Source: Planctomycetota bacterium | GTDB lineage: Bacteria > Planctomycetota > B15-G4 | Assembly: GCA_029245865.1 (NCBI GenBank) | Contig: JAQWOM010000043.1 | Coordinates: 76,846 to 140,845, forward strand | Length of the DNA: 64,000 nucleotides | Direction of reading: 5' to 3' | In this document: positions 1 to 8,771 of the stretch, piece after piece | How positions within the stretch are numbered: the first letter of the stretch is position 1 | Layout: each line of letters begins with the position of its first letter | Position numbers and translations under genes: made by a program | Notes under the pieces: model-generated | Told to the model about the DNA's origin: nothing | Database searches by the model: none | What the model saw: only the letters and a program-made list of their open reading frames with translations

Positions 1-770
1 GGTCGCCGCTCAGGAGCAGCATGTCGACCAGACGGTTCCAGAGCGGAAACAGAATCACGAGTGTCCAGAGCACCATGAAGAAGGCGTCTTGCCAGGTCAC
101 AGATTCCAGTACTGGAAAAGCAGTGTAGGACTGAAGCGCAACCGTCTTGCCCGGCTCTGGCTCTTTTCCGTACTTCGCTGCCTTCAAAGTCGACTTGATC
201 TCGGCAGCACTCTCCGAGAGCAGTTCAGCCTCTGACTTCACAGCCGCCGAGTCACCCTCAAGAGAGGCGGCCACCAGAGTGTCGGCAGCTCCCTGCGCCC
301 GATCCAGCAGCGCGTAATGATCGGGTGCGAGTTGCCGACGCATGGTGTTCAAGCGCAACGACAACGAGCCTCGGTCTAGATTGATCCATTCTTCGTATGA
401 TTTAGGAACGTTCTGACGCGATTCAAACCAATCCGCCTTGGCTGACCCCTCGAGCGTCTCACCGCGCGCAGTTTCCTTGGCCTCCCAGTCGACGAAGCCT
501 TTTTCTCCACTTTCCACCTTGCGGAGGAGGTCGCCGGCAACCAGCGTCACCAGGCGGTGTGCCGCACGATACTCGCCGTAGTTCGTGCCTTCGAAATAGA
601 GCGGGCGGTCATTGGCCAGCAGAGGCGCAAAAATTGCGACGGCATACAAACCCACCAGTAATGCCAAGGCGACGCGCACAGACTTTCGCTTCTTCAGCTG
701 CCCCAGAACCAGGTCCCAGTAGTCCTTGCTGTAGGTGTCGCGTTTCCCCCCTGCCCCTTGCTCAGTCATA
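1..770 (-). CDS. ABC transporter permease, OppC/DppC-like, N-terminal part (gene continues beyond window start)
   Basis: Minus-strand reading frame from ATG at ~770 (ATGACTGAG...) translates to a membrane-protein N-terminus. Its start overlaps the stop of the OppB-like permease at 762, giving a typical permease pair. Continuation past position 1 is inferred. Confidence 0.55.
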
Positions 771-1763
771 CGCAATCCTCGGGTCGACAACCGCATACAG
801 GATGTCGGAGAGAAGGAAGCCGAGCAGCGTCATGAATGCCGAAAAAGTGACCGTGGCCATGATGATGTTGTAGTCACGCATCACCAGGCCTTCGAACGCG
901 TAGAGCCCCATGCCAGGGATATTGAAGATGGTTTCCACCAGAACAGATCCGCCGATAAGGATCGGCAAGATACTGGCAAACACGGTGATGACAGGGATCA
1001 CTGAGTTACGCAAAGCGTGCTTGAAGATGATCTTCTTCCGGTCGAGCCCCTTGGCGCGAGCCGTGCGAATGTAATCTTGCTGAATCGTTTCGAGCATGCC
1101 GACACGCATCTGACGTGACAGGTACGCGACACCACCATAGGTCAGCGTGGCCACCGGCAAGACGCCGTGCCAGATCGTGTCCATCACGTACTGCCAGGTC
1201 GTCATGCTGGCAGCATCTTTGCCGTGCAAGCCGATCACGGGGAACCACTCAAGGCCCGTGGCACCGAAGGCCAGAATCAGCATGAGACCGGCCCAGAAGG
1301 TCGGCAGCGAATACAGCAAGAAGAGCCCGAAGGTGATCACCTTGTCCCAGAAGCTGCCTCGTTTCACCGCCGAGTAGATGCCAAGCGGCAAGGCAATCAG
1401 GTAGCTGAGAAGGGTTGCGATCAACGACAACGGCACAGTGATCTTCAGCCGCCGCCACAGTTCATCGGCAACCTGCACATTCGGCTGGAAAAACTCGGAA
1501 CCGAAGTCCAGCGTCGCGACGTTCTTCACCCACTCCCAGTACTGGACGTAGATCGGTTCATCGAGGTGAAAGCGCGCACGGAATTTATCGTACGCGCTCT
1601 GGGTGTCACCGCCCGCCTGCTGACCTTGCATGTCCAGGTCGCCCGCGGTGGCAATCGCGGCCGGGTCTCCGGGCGCAAGCTGAATCACCAGCATCAGCAA
1701 GACCGTGATGCCGAACATCGTGGGCACCATCCACAGAATGCGGCGCAAAATGTACAGGAGCAC
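762..1763 (-). CDS. ABC transporter permease (OppB/DppB family)
   Basis: 333-aa ORF with about six hydrophobic helices. It carries the conserved EAA-like loop of binding-protein-dependent permeases (...ARAKGLDRKKIIFKHALRNSVIPVITV...). It lies next to a family-5 substrate-binding protein. Confidence 0.8.
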   Translation of the reverse strand: MLLYILRRILWMVPTMFGITVLLMLVIQLAPGDPAAIATAGDLDMQGQQAGGDTQSAYDKFRARFHLDEPIYVQYWEWVKNVATLDFGSEFFQPNVQVADELWRRLKITVPLSLIATLLSYLIALPLGIYSAVKRGSFWDKVITFGLFLLYSLPTFWAGLMLILAFGATGLEWFPVIGLHGKDAASMTTWQYVMDTIWHGVLPVATLTYGGVAYLSRQMRVGMLETIQQDYIRTARAKGLDRKKIIFKHALRNSVIPVITVFASILPILIGGSVLVETIFNIPGMGLYAFEGLVMRDYNIIMATVTFSAFMTLLGFLLSDILYAVVDPRIAYD

Positions 1764-1811
1764 GCGGAGAGGCCCGGGGGAGGGAAGAATCGCGGAAGGA
1801 GAGTCTACGAA

Positions 1812-3854
1812 CTACTGATCGAGCGGCCGAGTGCCTGGAGTTCCTGCTTCAAGATACAGGTCACGCATTCGGTAACCGGGCTCAAACTTGTACAGCTTCA
1901 TGCCATGAACGCGCTTGTTGATCGCGATCTTGCGCGGCACGTTCCATCCGAAAAGATAGGGCTGAAGCTCATAAATACGCGCATGCATCTCGCGCCAGAT
2001 CTCGTGCCTCTTCTCCGCATTGAGTTCACGGCGACCAGCGTCGATCAGGCGGTCGACTTCGGCATCACGCAATCCTGCGTGATTGCTCGAACGCTTCTCG
2101 AAAACTGCCTCGTCACCGTGCCAGATCTGCATCGGATCCGATTCGGGCGTCGGCAGCGTCCAGGCCATGTTCACGGCGTCGAAATCACGGTCGAGGATCT
2201 TTTCGAGCAAGGTGGCCCACTCGTAAGACTGAATGTCGACGCCGACTCCGATCTTGCGGTACGCATCCTGCAGGGCCTGCAAGAACTTCTCGCTAGCCTT
2301 GTTGCCTGACGGCATGAGGACCTGAATCACCAGATCTTCACCATCTTTGTCGACGATGCCGTTGCCATCGCGGTCATACCACCCCGCTTCCGACAGCAGG
2401 TCCTCGGCCGCTTCGATGTCGTACTCGAGTGGCTCAAGATTCCGTGCATAAGCCGGGCCGAAGTAGAACTCGGTGCACATCGACCACAATGCGAAACCTT
2501 CGTAGTTGGTTTCAATCCAGCCCTGCACATCAAAAGCGTGTCCCAGCGCCTGACGAACGCGCACATCCTCGAACTTCTTGCGCCAGAGGTTCCACGATGT
2601 GTAGCCAATATTGCCTACGTACGTCAGCGCCTTGTACGCCCGGTCGGTAAACACCTTGCTGCGCGTGCCTTCACCGACGAAATCCTCGGACTTGAGTCGA
2701 TTGAAGATGTCGATCTCATCGTTGAGCATCGCCTGCCAGGCCGAGTCATCATCTTTGATGTACCGCCAGCGGATGTTGTCCAAGTAACCGGACTCCTCAG
2801 GACTCTTCTCCCAGTAGGTGTCGGCCTTCTCGGCATCCATGTACTGATTGCGTTCCCAACCGGTCACGCGGTACGGGCCGAGTCCAACCCATTCGATGTT
2901 GTGCGGGTTGTCATTGACCTCGGCAGCCTGCTCGTCGAGCGTGGCTTCTGGATTGTACTTCGGGTGGTCGGGGTCGAGCAGGTTGTAGAGGTGGCTGGGA
3001 AGAATGCAGAAGTCCAGGCCGAAGGAGCCCAGCGTTCCGAAATACTGCTCATCCCAGAAGAAGCGCACCACACCGGGCCCCAACACATCTGTGCGCTTGA
3101 TTTTCGCGTACTTCCAGCGCTTCTCATCGCAATCCACGCCCGGGTTCTTGTAGAGCTCCCAGCTGAACACGAGATCATTTTCGTCCAGCGGGTGGCCATC
3201 TTGCCAGAGCACGTCATCCCTCAACTGGAAGGTGTAGACCGTCTCGCGCTCGACCGATTCAACATCGGCCTTCGGGACCGTCGTGCGCTCCATCTCGTGG
3301 AACTGACTTCCGCTTTCAACAACGTAAGCGTCTGCCGTTTCTTCGACAATCTTGCCGAAGACGATGTTCTGAAAATCCTCGCCCGGCCCGCCCTTCAGGA
3401 AGAGCGCGTCCTCCACGTCATAGCCGGCCGCCGCGTCCAACTCGTACTCCCAGGTGACGGGGCTGAACTGGAGCAGGCCAGCATGCAGGTCGAGATGCGC
3501 GTGCCGAATACTCGCGGAGTTTTCGATGGCGAAGTTCAGATTGGGAGGCTCAGAAGACACGTGGGTGATGAGGCGCCCGCCGAGCGCAGGTTTCACCTTG
3601 CCATCCGGGTGCAAGCGGTCGACCTCCGGGTCGCCCGGCCCAGCCAGGTCGGCTTCGGTCACTCCCGCAGCTCTGAGCGCGGGAGTCAACTCGCGATCCC
3701 CGCCTTCCCCCACCGTCCCACGGACTGCCAGAGCCGAGGGACTGCTGATCAGCAACACGAAAGTCGCAAGCAGTCCCATGAGCAGGCCTGGTTGCCTTGA
3801 GGGGGCCTGCGAGTTGTCAGTGGAAATCCTGATGCGAGCGAGAGGACTGGGCAT
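1812..3854 (-). CDS. ABC transporter substrate-binding protein, family 5 (peptide/oligopeptide binding)
   Basis: Large ORF with an N-terminal signal peptide (MGLLATFVLLISSPSALA). Length and composition are typical of extracellular solute-binding protein family 5, directly upstream of the two permeases. Start chosen at the internal Met before the signal peptide (3854 or 3779). Confidence 0.7.
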   Translation of the reverse strand: MPSPLARIRISTDNSQAPSRQPGLLMGLLATFVLLISSPSALAVRGTVGEGGDRELTPALRAAGVTEADLAGPGDPEVDRLHPDGKVKPALGGRLITHVSSEPPNLNFAIENSASIRHAHLDLHAGLLQFSPVTWEYELDAAAGYDVEDALFLKGGPGEDFQNIVFGKIVEETADAYVVESGSQFHEMERTTVPKADVESVERETVYTFQLRDDVLWQDGHPLDENDLVFSWELYKNPGVDCDEKRWKYAKIKRTDVLGPGVVRFFWDEQYFGTLGSFGLDFCILPSHLYNLLDPDHPKYNPEATLDEQAAEVNDNPHNIEWVGLGPYRVTGWERNQYMDAEKADTYWEKSPEESGYLDNIRWRYIKDDDSAWQAMLNDEIDIFNRLKSEDFVGEGTRSKVFTDRAYKALTYVGNIGYTSWNLWRKKFEDVRVRQALGHAFDVQGWIETNYEGFALWSMCTEFYFGPAYARNLEPLEYDIEAAEDLLSEAGWYDRDGNGIVDKDGEDLVIQVLMPSGNKASEKFLQALQDAYRKIGVGVDIQSYEWATLLEKILDRDFDAVNMAWTLPTPESDPMQIWHGDEAVFEKRSSNHAGLRDAEVDRLIDAGRRELNAEKRHEIWREMHARIYELQPYLFGWNVPRKIAINKRVHGMKLYKFEPGYRMRDLYLEAGTPGTRPLDQ

Positions 3855-4216
3855 GGCGTGAGTTCCGGAGTCGTCGGAGAGCCGTGAGTGGCCCACGGAC
3901 AAGGAGCAAAAGGACGTGCGATGCGTCTGTCGGCGTCTGGCCTGAGCACACCCTGGTCAGAGCAACCGTCGTAGATCGGATGGAAGCCGGTGATCACGAC
4001 TGACCCGGCCAGCATGTGATGGTGTTGGGGAGAAGAAAGAAGCCACGCCACGGATAAAAACCAGCCCGCCAAAACGCCGAGTCGAGGGCTCCAAAAGGGG
4101 AGCGCAAGGTACTGCCAGCGGCATGTGGTGTCAATGCTCGCAGAACATCACAACGTCTTGAATCGCAAGCTCTTGCGGCGATACCAGAAGATCTAGCGCC
4201 CCAACTGTGGAGAGCC

Positions 4217-4750
4217 TCAGAGCGGCAGATACTGCGCCGCCGGAATCCGGAGGCCTCCCAGTTCCAGGCTGCCAAACGGAGAGTCGGCAGTGAGGACATG
4301 GGCCGCGCACAAGGCCAGCAACACGGCCGCCTCCAGCATCCCACGCCAACGCATTCTCACGAGGGTCCAGGGCATCATGGCACGCAGCAGGCGCGTCAAG
4401 CCCAGGGCCCCTGCAGCCAGCACCGGAGCCGCCACATACAGGGCCATGGCTCCCGCCTGAGTCGCGCAGCGAATCGCCTTTGGCTCTGTCATGCCGCCTT
4501 CTCCTCGACGCGCCAGCAAGGAGGCCACGCCGAGCATGCCCCCGAAACCTGTCAGCGCAGAGCCCAACTCATTGGGCAACAAGAATGGCTGCTCAGGGAA
4601 CAAATACGACCGCAATGCCAGCAAACCGACTGTCCATGTGTAAGCCGCCACAGCACCCGCCAGAAGCGCCAATGTGCGCTGCCAGGACACATGGCTCGCG
4701 GTGCTCAGAGCTCCCAGCAACAGGGGCCGCAAGCACGACAGCATGGCCAC
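4217..4750 (-). CDS. hypothetical integral membrane protein
   Basis: 177-aa ORF with about four hydrophobic helices and high GC3. The overlapping plus-strand ORF is R/Q/H-rich antisense noise. Confidence 0.35.
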   Translation of the reverse strand: MAMLSCLRPLLLGALSTASHVSWQRTLALLAGAVAAYTWTVGLLALRSYLFPEQPFLLPNELGSALTGFGGMLGVASLLARRGEGGMTEPKAIRCATQAGAMALYVAAPVLAAGALGLTRLLRAMMPWTLVRMRWRGMLEAAVLLALCAAHVLTADSPFGSLELGGLRIPAAQYLPL

Positions 4751-4783
4751 TACGGCAACGAATTGATCCAGGAGGTCGATAGC

Positions 4784-5170
4784 TCAGCTCACCGAAGCGA
4801 CGGCCTCGATCTCCACCAGTGCATCTTTGGGGAGGCCTGCCACGGCCACGGTGGACCGAGCTGGTAGCACAGACCCGAAAGCCTGTTCGTACACGACGTT
4901 CACGGCAGCGAAGTCCTCCATGCTGCGCAGAAACACCGTCGTCTTCACAACTCGGGAGAGCCGGCTTCCCGCAGCTTCAAGCACCCCCGCGAGGTTTTTC
5001 AGCACCTGTTGCGCCTGCTGCTCGACGCCCCCACTCACCATCTCGGCGCTTACGGGGTCGAGCCCGATCTGCCCACTTGTGTAGACCAGAGAACCAGCCA
5101 CAACGGCTTGGCTGTAAGGACCGATAGCTGCAGGAGCCTTCTCGGTGGCAACGATTTGATGTTCAGCCAT
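4784..5170 (-). CDS. ridA: RidA family protein (reactive intermediate/imine deaminase, YjgF/TdcF-like)
   Basis: Starts at MAEHQIVATEKAPAAIGPYSQAV...; shows the GPYSQA and VKTTVFL signatures of the YjgF/RidA family. Confidence 0.75.
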   Translation of the reverse strand: MAEHQIVATEKAPAAIGPYSQAVVAGSLVYTSGQIGLDPVSAEMVSGGVEQQAQQVLKNLAGVLEAAGSRLSRVVKTTVFLRSMEDFAAVNVVYEQAFGSVLPARSTVAVAGLPKDALVEIEAVASVS

Positions 5171-5294
5171 GACTGGAACGACTCCTGGATCGACACTTTG
5201 CCTTTTCATCGCCCCCGAAACGTGACGGGAGCACGCATTCACTCTTCATCTATCTTCACCTATCACGCTTTACCTATCACGATCTATCGCGTGA
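5171..5294 (-). promoter_or_regulatory. intergenic leader upstream of ridA with five CTATC(AC) repeats and an ATCACG/CGTGAT inverted repeat
   Basis: Sequence cATCTATCttcacCTATCACgctttacCTATCACgATCTATCgcgtgatca lies between the coaD stop and the ridA start. Candidate operator/promoter element. Confidence 0.25.
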
Positions 5295-5765
5295 TCAGTC
5301 TCGATCTGCGAGTGCAGCAGCGACGGCCGCAGGAACAAATCTTGTCACATCCCCACCGGACCGATGCACTTCGCGCACCAAGCGTGAAGAGATGTGTGCC
5401 GTCACCATCGATGCGGGCAAGAAAATCGTCTCCATGTCAGCATCTAATTGACTGTTCGCTCGCGACATCTGCAACTCAGACGAAGCATCTCCCGAGTCAC
5501 GAAGACCGCGCACCAGGACGGACGCCCCGACCTCGCGCGCTGCTGTCACGGCCAGCCCTTCAAAGGCGACCACTTCGACATCGCTCGGCAACACGTCACG
5601 CAACAACTCCAACCGCTCTTCGAGAGCGAGCCAGCCCTGCTTGTCGGCATGCCGACCGACTCCGACCACCAAACGATCCAGCACACGCAGAGCGCGTTGT
5701 GCCAGATCCACATGGCCATGTGTCGGAGGGTCGAAAGAACCCGGGAAGAATCCGCTGATAGGCAT
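5295..5765 (-). CDS. coaD: phosphopantetheine adenylyltransferase
   Basis: Starts MPISGFFPGSFDPPTHGHVDL..., the T/HxGH nucleotidyltransferase motif of CoaD. About 157 aa. ATG at 5765. Confidence 0.8.
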   Translation of the reverse strand: MPISGFFPGSFDPPTHGHVDLAQRALRVLDRLVVGVGRHADKQGWLALEERLELLRDVLPSDVEVVAFEGLAVTAAREVGASVLVRGLRDSGDASSELQMSRANSQLDADMETIFLPASMVTAHISSRLVREVHRSGGDVTRFVPAAVAAALADRD

Positions 5766-5821
5766 GGGGGCAGGATAGCAGGGACGGCACCGACCCGCCC
5801 AAACTCGCTTCTCTGGCGGGA

Positions 5822-7138
5822 GTGCCCCCGGGGACGCAACGCCAGCGGAGTCCATCCGTCCACTCTCACGTGTCAAACGTCGGACTGCTTCTCTTTGCCC
5901 TCCTTGCCCGGCTTCTACCCGGCGGCTGGGGGCTCGTGGTTGCCCCTCTGGCAGCCACTCGCCGTGTCGGCCGCCCAGCGATCTGCGGGCTGTTCATGCT
6001 GAGTCTCTCCACGACTTCTTCGAGCTCCTTCGAATCAACACGAACAGATCTTGGTGTGCACGCGGTGCAACTCACAGGCCAATGGCGGTCTCCTCCGGGG
6101 CAAGACTCCTACCTGAACACAACCTCCGGAGACGTCGCCATTCAGCTTGCTGCTGATCTCTCCGCCCCACCCCCGGGGGCAATCGTCACGGTGCTGGCGC
6201 GCCTTGATTCAAGCGGACGGGCCACGGGCATTCACATTTCAGACCAGCACAAACCTAGCGGTGCCTGGATCGATCGCTGGTGCGCCACTGCCGTCCAAAG
6301 GATTCGGTCACTTGCAGGAGCACATCGTGGACTCGTCGAAGCCCTGCTTCTTGGCCGCCGGGAGAGCCTTCCTCCCACCACACGCGACGACTGCATCGCA
6401 ACGGGAACCATGCACCTTTTTGCTTTGAGCGGATTGCATGTGGCACTTCTCACAGCAGCAGTTCTCCGCATCCCTGGCCTCGGGCGTGCATCCACCCTGG
6501 CTTCTCTTGCAAGCATCCTCGCTTTCCTTGCATTGACAGGGAGCAGACCGTCGCTGATGCGCGCCTCACTGAGTTGGCTCGGGCTCACAACAGGGCTCTT
6601 GAGCGGGCGCGCCGGCCATGCACTTCCTCGCCTTCTAGCCGTGGCCTTAGCTCTCGCAGTGATCTCACCGAGACTTGCGCAGGACCTTGGGGCACAACTT
6701 TCATTCCTTGCTGTCGGCGGCCTACTGGCTGCTGTGCGCTTGGTTCGAGGTGGATGGCTCGGCCCGGCCGGCGCCTTTCTCACCACGGCCCCCTTGTGCC
6801 TCGAAGTCTTCGGTCGCGTGCAACCCTGGGGTCTTCTGATCACCCCTTTGCTTGTACCTGCCGTGGCACTGCTGTTGATCACAGGCGTGGTGGCCGTCTT
6901 CCCGGGCATGCTGCTGGCCGGACTTGACCCACTCACCGGCCCCCTTCTTCGTGGCTCCGCAGACGCACTCACATGGCTTCTGCACGCGTCTGCCTTCTAC
7001 GTCCCCGCCCCATGGACTCCGCCTCCATTCCCTCTTCCCGGCGCCCTTGTCTCCCTTGCCGTCCTTGCCGCTCTGCTCGCGCTTCCGTCCTGCCGCAAAC
7101 ACGCAGCAACATCGCTAGCCAACAACAGGTACGACTGA
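5822..7138 (+). CDS. comEC: ComEC/Rec2 family DNA internalization channel protein, short form without C-terminal metallo-beta-lactamase domain
   Basis: Contains the competence-domain signature ...ATGTMHLFALSGLHVALL..., preceded by a DUF4131/OB-like segment and followed by multiple TM helices. Start uncertain: GTG at 5822 is the longest option; ATG at 5996 is an alternative. Confidence 0.65.
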   Translation: MPPGTQRQRSPSVHSHVSNVGLLLFALLARLLPGGWGLVVAPLAATRRVGRPAICGLFMLSLSTTSSSSFESTRTDLGVHAVQLTGQWRSPPGQDSYLNTTSGDVAIQLAADLSAPPPGAIVTVLARLDSSGRATGIHISDQHKPSGAWIDRWCATAVQRIRSLAGAHRGLVEALLLGRRESLPPTTRDDCIATGTMHLFALSGLHVALLTAAVLRIPGLGRASTLASLASILAFLALTGSRPSLMRASLSWLGLTTGLLSGRAGHALPRLLAVALALAVISPRLAQDLGAQLSFLAVGGLLAAVRLVRGGWLGPAGAFLTTAPLCLEVFGRVQPWGLLITPLLVPAVALLLITGVVAVFPGMLLAGLDPLTGPLLRGSADALTWLLHASAFYVPAPWTPPPFPLPGALVSLAVLAALLALPSCRKHAATSLANNRYD

Positions 7139-7142
7139 CTTC

Positions 7143-8621
7143 ATGAAAAACTCACAGGCTCATAAAGACGCACGCGTTCACACTTACTGCCTTCACGGAT
7201 CACGCGCACAGGAAGTTGAACTCGAATTGCAACTCACTGGCGGACTCATGCAGCGCATCATCATGAGCGGATTAGCTGGGGGCGCCTTGCGTGAATCCCG
7301 CGAACGCATTCGCGGGTGTCTTGAACGTGCGGGGCTTCAACTCCCGAAACGGTCTTTACTCGCTAATTTTGCTCCAGCCGACATTCCCAAACAGGGCAAT
7401 GGGTTTGACCTCCCCCTCGCGCTTGGGATTCTTGCGTTGACCGAGCAGGTAAATCGAGCGGCACTCAGTGATCGTGCCATCGTTGGCGAAGTCGCTCTAG
7501 ACGGCCGACTGCGCCCCATTCGCGGAGCTCTCACCCTGGCGCTTGCAGCACGGCAGGCGGGGAGAACTCGCTTCATGCTGCCCTGGGAAAACGGCCCCGA
7601 GGCTTCTCTCGTAGACGGACTGAAGATTGAAGCCGTCCGAACGATTCAACAGGCACTTGACGTTCTGAGCGGGACTCCTGCACCTGAGCCACCCGCAACA
7701 TCCCAGAGTGATGCAACCCCGCTTGATCTCGCGGACGTACGTGGACAAGCGTCGGGGCGCCGCGCACTCGAAATCGCAGCACTGGGCGGACACAACCTCC
7801 TCATGTCCGGCCCCCCCGGCACGGGCAAGACCATGCTCGCGCAAAGATTGCCGGGACTGCTCAACCCACTCACCGAAGAAAACGCCTTGGAAGTCTCAGC
7901 ACTGCATGGGCTGGCCAGCGGTGGTGTCTCATGCATTGTTCGCCACCCACCCTTTCGCGCGCCGCATCACACCATCTCTCGCGGTGGACTGACGGGAGGC
8001 GGCAACCCGATCACTCCCGGTGAATTGAGCCTTGCTCATCGTGGCGTTCTCTTTCTCGACGAGATGCCAGAGTTTCCGCGGATGCTCCTTGAGACTCTTC
8101 GCCAGCCCCTCGAAGAAGGAAAGATTCGGCTCGCTCGAGCGGGCCGTGCCGTGGAGTTCCCAGCACGAGTACAACTCGTGGGCGCCATGAATCCGTGCCC
8201 CTGTGGATACAGGGGCCACCCGCGTCGGGGTTGCCGGTGCTCACCCTCCTCACTGGCTCAGTATCGCCGGCGAATTTCGGGGCCTCTCCTCGACCGATTC
8301 GATCTGGCCGTCGACGTGCCTCCGCCGGAAGCGGACAGCTTGCTCACATCCAAGAAGGGCGAATCCACCGCGGCGGCTCGGCTGCGTCTTTCGGCAGCCG
8401 CCCCTGCTCAACCCAACGCACCCGCTGTACCCAAGAATCGCCGTGTGCGGCGGCGATTAGAGCAAGCCATTGCGACTTTTGCGCTCTCCCCCCGTGGAAT
8501 GCACCGAACCATAGCTGTGGCACGAACCATTGCCCGACTACGTGGAGCCGAAGAGACCGACATCTCAGACCTCGACGAAGCTCTCTCATTCCGCAACGGC
8601 TTCTCCGGAGCTTCCGAATGA
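7143..8621 (+). CDS. comM: YifB/ComM family Mg-chelatase-like AAA+ ATPase
   Basis: N-terminal Lon-protease-like domain; Walker A GPPGTGKTMLAQR; C-terminal zinc ribbon motif NPCPCGY...CRCS characteristic of ComM/YifB. Confidence 0.8.
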   Translation: MKNSQAHKDARVHTYCLHGSRAQEVELELQLTGGLMQRIIMSGLAGGALRESRERIRGCLERAGLQLPKRSLLANFAPADIPKQGNGFDLPLALGILALTEQVNRAALSDRAIVGEVALDGRLRPIRGALTLALAARQAGRTRFMLPWENGPEASLVDGLKIEAVRTIQQALDVLSGTPAPEPPATSQSDATPLDLADVRGQASGRRALEIAALGGHNLLMSGPPGTGKTMLAQRLPGLLNPLTEENALEVSALHGLASGGVSCIVRHPPFRAPHHTISRGGLTGGGNPITPGELSLAHRGVLFLDEMPEFPRMLLETLRQPLEEGKIRLARAGRAVEFPARVQLVGAMNPCPCGYRGHPRRGCRCSPSSLAQYRRRISGPLLDRFDLAVDVPPPEADSLLTSKKGESTAAARLRLSAAAPAQPNAPAVPKNRRVRRRLEQAIATFALSPRGMHRTIAVARTIARLRGAEETDISDLDEALSFRNGFSGASE

Positions 8622-8771
8622 CGAAGCGAAAGGTCGGATTTGAGTACCTCGGAGACAAGTCTCCTCACGCACACGCACTTCATCCCGTAACAGCGCGTTG
8701 TAAAGTTCAAGTCCGGCGCATGCTACTGTAGCGCGTCCCCCCATCCACCCAGGAGAGCGCGACCGCTGTCC

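Noticed and set aside
1167-3800. Long plus-strand ORFs (380 and 420 aa) antisense to the substrate-binding protein gene
   Set aside because: R/Q/H/P-rich low-complexity translations typical of antisense frames in GC-rich DNA. The minus-strand frame has a clear family-5 SBP signal peptide and length.
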